A stretch of 64,000 nt of DNA from Candidatus Liptonbacteria bacterium (GTDB lineage: Bacteria; Patescibacteriota; Minisyncoccia; UBA6257; 2-01-FULL-56-20): contig VGJV01000001.1 in the NCBI GenBank assembly GCA_016867315.1, positions 194,649 to 258,648 of the forward strand, in the 5' to 3' direction. The stretch's first letter is position 1. Each line of letters begins with the position of its first letter. A program made the translations under genes and the position numbers. Positions 57,749-64,000 of the stretch are shown piece by piece. Under the pieces are notes generated by a model, which did not search any database, was not told the origin of the DNA, and saw nothing but the letters and a program-made list of their open reading frames with translations.

Positions 57749-57833
57749 GAGTTTATTATCTCGGACACGGGTACTTTTCTACTGAAAAGTACCTCTCACT
57801 CGCACCGCCGTGTCGGTCCGAGGTACTAAACTC
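57749..57833 (-). repeat. branched structured repeat, variant copy
   Basis: GAGTTTA.TATCTCGGAC/GTCCGAGGTA.TAAACTC outer stem, GGTACTTTTC/GAAAAGTACC hairpin, TC-GCAC CGCC GTGT. Confidence 0.6.
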
Positions 57834-58064
57834 TGCGTCGACCAGATAAGTTTTTTATAGAAAAATGTATGCCGTCGCGGTCCGGATAGCCGAATATGGA
57901 GAAAGGTTATAAGGTGGTAGGGATTGCGCCACATTCCATATATTTTGAGAAATTGAGTCAATCCACAGGCAGAGGCGCGAATTTCCCTTGATTTTGCTAC
58001 ACTAGTTGGTACAGTAAATGAAACCCTACGGGGAAAAGGTCGGTGAGTTTCGAGAATCATTTTT

Positions 58065-58340
58065 ATGACTAAAGACGGATTGGTGGAAGCAGTAATGAAG
58101 GCTGCGGAAATTGAGACCAAGGCAGCAGCGCATCGTGCAGTAGAAGCAGTATTCGACACCATCACGAAATCCTTGGGTCGGGGCGAAGATGTGGCGATCA
58201 CGGGTTTCGGCACGTTCCGCGTAGCGAAACGGGCTGCTCGACAGGGACGGAACCCCAAAACCGGGGAAACCATCCAAATTCCGGCCTCGGTGAAACCGAA
58301 GTTCCGCGCCGGAAAGATGCTCAAAGAAGCAGTAAAATAG
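58065..58340 (+). CDS. hup: DNA-binding protein HU
   Basis: GFGTF, RAARQGRNPKTGE, PKFRAGK. Confidence 0.96.
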   Translation: MTKDGLVEAVMKAAEIETKAAAHRAVEAVFDTITKSLGRGEDVAITGFGTFRVAKRAARQGRNPKTGETIQIPASVKPKFRAGKMLKEAVK

Positions 58341-58357
58341 TTTTTATAGTTTTGAAT

Positions 58358-58386
58358 AAAATACCGCCTGTGAGGGGCGGTATTTT
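58358..58386. terminator. bidirectional terminator
   Basis: AAAATACCGCC/GGCGGTATTTT. Confidence 0.8.
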
Positions 58387-59134
58387 ATTTTTTCTCTTTG
58401 CCGTGGGGAAGGAGGCTATTGATTGTATCACTCAATTCGATAAAGGAATGATAGGTTTTGGCGAGGGCTTCGAGAGAAAGCTTAATTGAGTTTGCAGGAT
58501 CCAAACCATTTAGGAATGCGTTCCGGGCTTTTCCATGAAAGTCCACGGCGGTTCGGTAGCTGCGGTCTGCGTCTTCCAGAAGAGTTTGGATTTCGTCTAG
58601 GTGGTCCACGATTCTTAGGAGCTGTACGCTTCTCTTCAGTTCTTCCAGGCGGCGGTTGGCGATGGTTAAGAATTCTTCATTGTTGGTCCACGTGATAAAA
58701 GCACGAATTTTCGTTTGCTGGGGAGCGAATGTATTTGTTCTCCATTCTCGAGCATTGGCGGCGATATCTTTTGCGGAACGGAGGCCGGCATTGGAGATGC
58801 TTTCTTTTCGATCTTCGTAGTATTGTGCAGCAGCTTCGAGCGAGGCCATAAAGTTAGTTCTCACCGCCTGCATATTCGCTTCCTTTACCTCGGTGCGTTC
58901 TAGCGCGGTGCGATCGGTACGAACTTCCTCCTCGAGGCATTCCAACACATTTCGGAGGAGGGCTTTCCTCGTTTGCAGTTCCGTGTGTACGGAATCGGAG
59001 ATTTTTGATTTTTGAAGTGCGGAAAAGGATTGAGTTTCTAGTGTGCAGCCCGGGGTTTCGGTTTTGGCGTGAACTGCTCCTCCAAAAGAAAGGAAGATTA
59101 TCGCGCATGAAAAGAATAGGGAAAGGCGTCGCAT
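58385..59134 (-). CDS. secreted helical hypothetical protein
   Basis: Signal peptide, coiled-coil-rich; third gene of the ECF operon. Confidence 0.7.
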   Translation of the reverse strand: MRRLSLFFSCAIIFLSFGGAVHAKTETPGCTLETQSFSALQKSKISDSVHTELQTRKALLRNVLECLEEEVRTDRTALERTEVKEANMQAVRTNFMASLEAAAQYYEDRKESISNAGLRSAKDIAANAREWRTNTFAPQQTKIRAFITWTNNEEFLTIANRRLEELKRSVQLLRIVDHLDEIQTLLEDADRSYRTAVDFHGKARNAFLNGLDPANSIKLSLEALAKTYHSFIELSDTINSLLPHGKEKK

Positions 59135-59138
59135 GGGT

Positions 59139-59654
59139 TTATTTCGCTAATTCTTCTAGGGCTTCATCAATCGAGAGAGTGGAGGCCTCTGTGGTTTCAA
59201 GGGTGGAGCTGGAAGTGGGGATCTCTTCTGTGGAGGAAAGGGGAGCGACCGCAGGGGCTTCTATTGGTTTTTTGAGCGGGGCCGATTTCAATTCCGGGAC
59301 GGGCATTGCCACGGAAGATGTGGATTCTTGGTAACGGAGGTTTGCGAGTTGAATTTGAATATCTATGGCTTCGGCTTCAGCGTGAAGTGCGGCGAGGTCG
59401 AGACGAGCAATTCCCAGAGGCGAGAAAGATTTCCAAATGGAGAAACCTGCAAATATTAAAAAGAGGCAGAGGCCCGCAAGAGCCAAGGAAGCTGCAGATT
59501 CAATATTTCCCATAAACCATCCCCACACCGCCCTTGCCGGAGGTTCGGAAGGAGTAGCGCGCAACACCACGCTTCGAGAGCGCATTTGGTAGTGCGAATC
59601 AGGTTCTATGTTGCGTAATTTTTTTAGCGTAGAAATAAGATTCATGGAATTCAA
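59139..59654 (-). CDS. putative anti-sigma factor
   Basis: Overlaps the ECF sigma stop; LKKLRNIEPD N-terminus plus one TM. Confidence 0.6.
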   Translation of the reverse strand: MNSMNLISTLKKLRNIEPDSHYQMRSRSVVLRATPSEPPARAVWGWFMGNIESAASLALAGLCLFLIFAGFSIWKSFSPLGIARLDLAALHAEAEAIDIQIQLANLRYQESTSSVAMPVPELKSAPLKKPIEAPAVAPLSSTEEIPTSSSTLETTEASTLSIDEALEELAK

Positions 59655-60181
59655 CTTATTAATCCTTGGAGGGCTTTCATTGCCCGATGTTGCATAAGCT
59701 TTACCGCTCCTTCTGTTTTCCCCAGGGCTGCAGCGGTTTCTTTGAGCGAAAGTTCTTCGATAAAGCGCATAATAATCACATCTTGATATTCCGGTTTTAG
59801 CTGTGTAAGTGCGCGTCTCACTCTTTCCATCTCCAGCTTTTCCTCAAGGGCTAAGGAAGCTACGGCGGGAGCTACGAAATATTCGGGATCCACCTCTTCT
59901 ATCGAGGTATTCGTTTTTTTCGTTCGGTAATGATCTATCACGCGGTTTCGAGCGATTTGATACAACCAGCTCGAAAAAGGGAAACCGAAGTCGCGATAAT
60001 TCCGGATGTTTTGCCAGGCACTCATGAACACTTCATGGGTGAGGTCTTCGGCTTCCTCACGATGGCCGACTTTAAACAATACAAACCGGTAAATTTTCGG
60101 TTGATACCTGTCGTAGAGTTGGCCAAAAGCCGAAGCCTCACCCCCGACGGCGCTTTCAATTATTTGGCGCTCATCCATCAT
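59651..60181 (-). CDS. ECF RNA polymerase sigma factor
   Basis: AFGQLYDRY, AEDLTHEVF, SWLYQIARNRVIDHYR, region-4 HTH. Confidence 0.93.
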   Translation of the reverse strand: MMDERQIIESAVGGEASAFGQLYDRYQPKIYRFVLFKVGHREEAEDLTHEVFMSAWQNIRNYRDFGFPFSSWLYQIARNRVIDHYRTKKTNTSIEEVDPEYFVAPAVASLALEEKLEMERVRRALTQLKPEYQDVIIMRFIEELSLKETAAALGKTEGAVKLMQHRAMKALQGLIS

Positions 60182-60316
60182 AGAAAACGAATAAGGGCGT
60201 CGTTGGTTACATAATCACCAAGAACGCCTTACCCGCCAATATAATACGATTTCTCACTTTTCTCGTCAAAAATCCGTGTAATTGCAGGAAAGAGTTTTCT
60301 CATATAGGATGGGGGG

Positions 60317-60793
60317 GTGTCGGACTCTCACTCAAAGGAAATTGTTACTTGGCAAGCTCCCGAGTTTGAATATCGGCATAAAGGAGTGTCGTGGTATTGG
60401 ATTACCATCATCTGCGCAGTGCTTCTCGTGGCGATCGCAGTGTGGCAACGCAATTTCCTCTTCGGATTGTTCGTCGTGATCGCTGAAATACTGGTGCTTA
60501 CTTGGGGAGCCCGGAATCCTTCGCTCATTACCTTTAAGGCCTTTGAGAAGGAATTGATTATTAATGAGCGAGAGCGATATCCTTGGGGGGATTTTCAAAG
60601 TTTTACTCCCGAGGAGATAGAAGGGGGGTCTTCTGTAATACTCCGATTTCGCAGACGTATACGCCCTCCGATTCGGATTTTTGTGCCTCAAGATAAGATG
60701 GAAGGATTTTTGCAATGTATTACTCCTTGGTGTGCGCAAACCGATGAACCTAGTTCTTTTGTAGATGCACTCGAAGAAATTTTCAGGTTTTAA
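60317..60793 (+). CDS. conserved CPR-type membrane protein
   Basis: WQAPEFEYRHK..WYW, two TM, PH-like C-terminus. Confidence 0.7.
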   Translation: MSDSHSKEIVTWQAPEFEYRHKGVSWYWITIICAVLLVAIAVWQRNFLFGLFVVIAEILVLTWGARNPSLITFKAFEKELIINERERYPWGDFQSFTPEEIEGGSSVILRFRRRIRPPIRIFVPQDKMEGFLQCITPWCAQTDEPSSFVDALEEIFRF

Positions 60794-60811
60794 GCGAAAG
60801 GTTTACATTAA

Positions 60812-60883
60812 GTCCCCATAGCTCAACGGATAGAGCGTATCCCTGCGGAGGATAAGATAGAGGTTCAATTCCTCTTGGGGACA
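60812..60883 (+). tRNA. tRNA-Arg(GCG)
   Basis: GTCCCCA/TGGGGAC; TATCC-CTGCGGA-GGATA; GGTTCAATTCC. Confidence 0.93.
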
Positions 60884-60889
60884 CAGAGA

Positions 60890-60927
60890 TAGAAAGTAGA
60901 AAATAGAAAATAGAAAGTAGAAAATAG
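60890..60927 (+). repeat. 7-bp-period TAGAAAR array
   Basis: TAG at 60890, 60897, 60904, 60911, 60918, 60925. Confidence 0.85.
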
Positions 60928-60956
60928 TAGAAGACACGAATTGGTATAATTCTTAT

Positions 60957-61211
60957 ATGCAAAAGCGCGGTTTACTTATTGGGGGTTTGCTCGTGATCGT
61001 GGCATTGGGGGTGATTGTTTTCTTCTCTCGTCCGGAGCAATCTTCTCCCGCGCCCACGTGGACTCCGCCGGTTTCCAATCCACCTTCTGCCGAAGTGCAA
61101 GTTCTTCCTGCTTCGAATCCCCCCTCTTCTTCTACCTTCCGAGGGCCAGTGGGTGCCCCCTATATCGAAGGACCTAAAGAACAGCCGCCTACGGGAGCTC
61201 CCGCTCGATAG
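60957..61211 (+). CDS. small Pro-rich membrane-anchored protein
   Basis: One TM and a Pro-rich tail; TGGTATAAT -10 upstream. Confidence 0.6.
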   Translation: MQKRGLLIGGLLVIVALGVIVFFSRPEQSSPAPTWTPPVSNPPSAEVQVLPASNPPSSSTFRGPVGAPYIEGPKEQPPTGAPAR

Positions 61212-61225
61212 AAGTAGAACCTGTT

Positions 61226-61915
61226 TTGGGTTATAATGTCCTAGTGGACACAGGTTCGGATCTTTCGGAACGTATACTTTCTCTTAGGAGAAATCGAAAA
61301 AGCTATAACGAAATAGCTCAAGCTCTTGGCATTTCTAAAAGCACTGTTTCTTATTGGCTTGCAGAGAATCCTGAATCTAAAAAAATAAAGAGTTTCCTTA
61401 TGGCTGAAAATAGGGAAAGGAGTCGCTATAGGATTCAAAAGGTTATCCAATCTTCTCGAGAGAAATGGGAAAAGGTTCGAGAATTAGGGAGAAAGGAAGC
61501 TCATAATTCTTTCAATACGTTTTTGGAGAACCCTATCTTTCTTGTGGGACTTTCGTTCTATTGGGGGGAAGGAGATAGTAAGCCTAAAAACCCTTTGCGA
61601 ATTTCCAATACCGATCCTCGAATGGTACATTTATACATCCGTTTTCTAAAAGAGATTCTTTCTATTTCATCAGATAAAATAAAACTTGGACTTATTCTTT
61701 ACCCGGACATTTCCGAGGTGAGCGCAAGAGAATTTTGGTTAAGAGCTACGGGTTTGGATCAGAATAATTTTTTTAAAACTCAATATATTCGCGGTCGGCA
61801 TCCTACTAAAAGACTTTCTCAGGGGATTTGTATGATAGTAACAAGGAGTATTAAGGAAAAAGCCAAAGTTTTGGAGTGGATTGATATTTTCTATAATCAA
61901 TTTAGAATGGTTTAG
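61226..61915 (+). CDS. HTH plus LAGLIDADG-like protein next to tRNA
   Basis: SYNEIAQALGISKSTVSYW HTH; FYWGEGD, ISNTDP, FW motifs. Confidence 0.7.
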   Translation: MGYNVLVDTGSDLSERILSLRRNRKSYNEIAQALGISKSTVSYWLAENPESKKIKSFLMAENRERSRYRIQKVIQSSREKWEKVRELGRKEAHNSFNTFLENPIFLVGLSFYWGEGDSKPKNPLRISNTDPRMVHLYIRFLKEILSISSDKIKLGLILYPDISEVSAREFWLRATGLDQNNFFKTQYIRGRHPTKRLSQGICMIVTRSIKEKAKVLEWIDIFYNQFRMV

Positions 61916-61918
61916 CCT

Positions 61919-61989
61919 GCGGGATTCGTATAGTGGCAGTACATTACCTTGCCAAGGTAAAGGCGCGAGTTCGATTCTCGTATCCCGCT
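61919..61989 (+). tRNA. tRNA-Gly(GCC)
   Basis: GCGGGAT/ATCCCGC; TTACC-TTGCCAA-GGTAA; GAGTTCGATTCTC. Confidence 0.95.
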
Positions 61990-61993
61990 CTAG

Positions 61994-62392
61994 ATGGAAC
62001 CCACATCTGTAGTGCATAAGGCTTTGATTATTCCTATAAATAAGGAAGGGAAGATTTTTATACAAGATAGGCGGGGATACAAAAAGCCGGACTGGGGATT
62101 TTTCGGCGGCAGTATTGAACAAGGGGAGACTCCGCTTGAAGCTGTACTCCGGGAAACCCATGAAGAATTAGATATTGAGTTGCGCCCAGAGACCCTTTTG
62201 TTTTTAGGTGTATTTTATGCAGCGTGGAATGATCTCGAGAGGCATATCTATTTATTTAAAACTGACAAAGAGCAATTCACTGTGAAAGAAGAAAATGGGG
62301 GATGTTGGCTGACGCTCGAGGAGGCGAGGGATCGAATGGACAGTAAGGAACGCTTTGACGAGATAGCTCGAAAGATCAAAACGGTTCTTTAG
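61994..62392 (+). CDS. NUDIX hydrolase
   Basis: Nudix box GGSIEQGETPLEAVLRETHEELDI. Confidence 0.9.
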   Translation: MEPTSVVHKALIIPINKEGKIFIQDRRGYKKPDWGFFGGSIEQGETPLEAVLRETHEELDIELRPETLLFLGVFYAAWNDLERHIYLFKTDKEQFTVKEENGGCWLTLEEARDRMDSKERFDEIARKIKTVL

Positions 62393-62396
62393 GGGT

Positions 62397-63092
62397 TCAT
62401 GCCTTCGCGGCGGCAATGGCAAGAATCTGGCGTGCTCCGTTTTCACGGAGTACTTTCGCGGCTTCGAAGAAGGTAGCCCCTGAAGTAGTGACATCATCCA
62501 GAAGAAGGATTTTGGATTTAGGGAGAAGATCAGGATTTATTACTCTAAATGCTTCTCGGACATTCTCGCGGCGCAGTTCCCATTTTTCCAGCTGACTTTG
62601 AGGATCGGAGTGTTTTATACGCACCAGTACATTTTCAAGAATAGGAATTTGTATGTGTGTCTGAAGCGAGCGAGCGAGAAGCGCTGATTGGTTATAGCCT
62701 CTTTCCCGCTCTCTTTTAGAGGAGAGAGGTATGGGGAGAATAGTGAACGCAGAGAGTTGAAGCGGAACATTTTGAAGGTACTTCGCGAGAAGCGATCCTA
62801 AAACTTCTGCGGCCGCGTGTGCGTGACGGAATTTGAGGCCTTGGATAAGCGCTCGGATGTGGGGGTCTGAATAGTGAGAGGCCGCGCCCAATATATAAGG
62901 GAAGCTTTTGTGGCAGATTCTTTTTTCTTCGGGGATTCGCGCTAAGCATTCTCCGCATCGCAATGTTTGTTCGAGAGAAATAGAAGAGAAACAGGAGAGA
63001 CAAAGGGCATCTTTCGCGGAGGAAATCGCGGTATTGCAGGAGAGACAGCGAGGAGGAAAGAAGAGGTCGAGGAGCGGCTCAAGCATGTTCAT
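62397..63092 (-). CDS. comF: ComF-family competence protein
   Basis: FPPRCLSC zinc ribbon, RGYNQS, LLDDVTTSGAT. Confidence 0.9.
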   Translation of the reverse strand: MNMLEPLLDLFFPPRCLSCNTAISSAKDALCLSCFSSISLEQTLRCGECLARIPEEKRICHKSFPYILGAASHYSDPHIRALIQGLKFRHAHAAAEVLGSLLAKYLQNVPLQLSAFTILPIPLSSKRERERGYNQSALLARSLQTHIQIPILENVLVRIKHSDPQSQLEKWELRRENVREAFRVINPDLLPKSKILLLDDVTTSGATFFEAAKVLRENGARQILAIAAAKA

Positions 63093-63107
63093 AGTATAGC
63101 AACGCTC

Positions 63108-63203
63108 GTCCTATTCCTCGCGGAGACGCGGTTTCCGACTTGCTGCCGGAACCGCTATGCTCTCGTGCCGCCGCACTGCGAGAATCTCCGCAAGAAACAA
63201 GAC
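63108..63203 (-). repeat. branched structured repeat, core copy
   Basis: GCGGAGA-hairpin-TATGCTCTC-GTGC CGCC GCAC-TGCGAGAA-TCTCCGC. Confidence 0.75.
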
Positions 63204-63276
63204 TTCGCTCTCCCACTGCATTATATGGAGCTCCCTTCTTTTTGGAGCTTGGCCGCTCCTTTCATTGGGATTTTTT

Positions 63277-63307
63277 TAGAAATTAGGAATTAGAGCTTAG
63301 AAATTAG
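63277..63307 (+). repeat. 7-bp-period TAGRRnT array
   Basis: TAG at 63277, 63284, 63291, 63298, 63305. Confidence 0.8.
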
Positions 63308-63321
63308 GGTATACTGTGGGT

Positions 63322-64000
63322 ATGTGGAACGTGTTCGAGAATTTGAAGCAAGCTACTTTCCCGATCTATCTCGGAGTAGACATTGGCACGACTTCGATCA
63401 AGGCGGTCGAGGTGAAGCAGGGAGAAAAACTTCCTGAACTTTTGAATTATGGAATGCTTGAACTGGGGGGATATCTTCTCCGGGCAAATAACGCGCTTCA
63501 GACGAGCACGCTCAAAATTTTTGAGGAAGAAGTCGCGGAGCTTCTCAAGGTGCTTATGGCTAAAATGAAGCTTCGCGCCAAGGAGGTGGTGGCCTCAATT
63601 CCGGCATTCGCCGCGTTTACTACGGTGCTCGATTTTCCCGCGATGACTCCGGAGGAGCTGAAGAAAACGATCGCCTTTCAGGCGAAAGAATACATTCCTC
63701 AGCCACTTTCCGAAGTGGCAATCGATTGGCTTAAAGTAGGGGAGTTTGAGGATAAAGGATACAAACATGACCAGATTCTTATTATTTCCGTGCCTCGGGA
63801 GCAGATTAAGCGGTATCAGCGCCTTTTTGGGATGGCGGGGCTTACCCTTCGGGCGCTTGAAATTGAGAGTTTGAGTTTGGCGCGGATTCTCACGATGGGG
63901 GATCCCACCCCCACTATCATTGCGGATATTGGGAGTCGGTCTACAAGCATCGCGTTTGCGGCCCGAGGAGAGCTTCGGTATGTCGGCCAGAGCGATTTTG
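63322..64000 (+). CDS. pilM: type IV pilus assembly protein PilM, 3'-truncated by window edge
   Basis: Manual translation: LGVDIGTTSIKAVE, QAKEYIP, LEIESLSLAR, ADIGSRST. Confidence 0.9.
   Translation, partial: MWNVFENLKQATFPIYLGVDIGTTSIKAVEVKQGEKLPELLNYGMLELGGYLLRANNALQTSTLKIFEEEVAELLKVLMAKMKLRAKEVVASIPAFAAFTTVLDFPAMTPEELKKTIAFQAKEYIPQPLSEVAIDWLKVGEFEDKGYKHDQILIISVPREQIKRYQRLFGMAGLTLRALEIESLSLARILTMGDPTPTIIADIGSRSTSIAFAARGELRYVGQSDF

Noticed and set aside
57926-57953. Possible dif site (…CATATA-TTTTGAGAAAT)
   Set aside because: Only a partial match to the XerD arm and none to the XerC arm; too weak to call.
27206-63203. CRISPR array or integron attC array as an explanation for the structured repeats
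   Set aside because: Copies are dispersed kilobases apart between housekeeping genes, have no spacers or cas genes, and are branched rather than simple attC hairpins with RYYYAAC/GTTRRRY ends.
1-64000. Alternative genetic code (UGA = Gly, as in Gracilibacteria/Absconditabacteria)
   Set aside because: Conserved genes are full length under code 11, and TGA ends ORFs cleanly (for example 3223, 19450, and the ATGA overlaps).

Overview
Chromosomal segment of a Patescibacteria (CPR) bacterium, most likely Parcubacteria/Paceibacteria. Support for this: standard code 11, a VirB2/TrbC-like pilin array, a peptidoglycan-binding S-layer-like giant, and rpsO-NYN-pnp and comF-pilM neighbourhoods. Housekeeping genes (glyA, folD, rpsA, gyrA, xerC/D-like, rpsO, pnp, recA, ftsK, PMM/PGM, iscS, htrA, clpB, HU, ECF sigma, comF, pilM) and 7 tRNA genes alternate with accessory surface-protein islands. 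The most notable signals are non-coding. (1) A tRNA-Phe(GAA) is split by a compact 195-nt group I intron that appears to lack P9. (2) A dispersed family of about 85-120-nt branched, covarying structured elements has six copies, all in the same orientation. (3) Degenerate 7-bp-period arrays sit at gene ends, have invaded gyrA, pnp, ftsK and iscS in frame, and bracket a four-helix-bundle gene as inverted arrays. (4) Three candidate attenuator or switch leaders lie before an NlpC/P60-CofE operon, an accessory operon and the S-layer-like gene. No CRISPR, rRNA, transposase or reverse transcriptase was seen. All calls are by eye; no searches were run.
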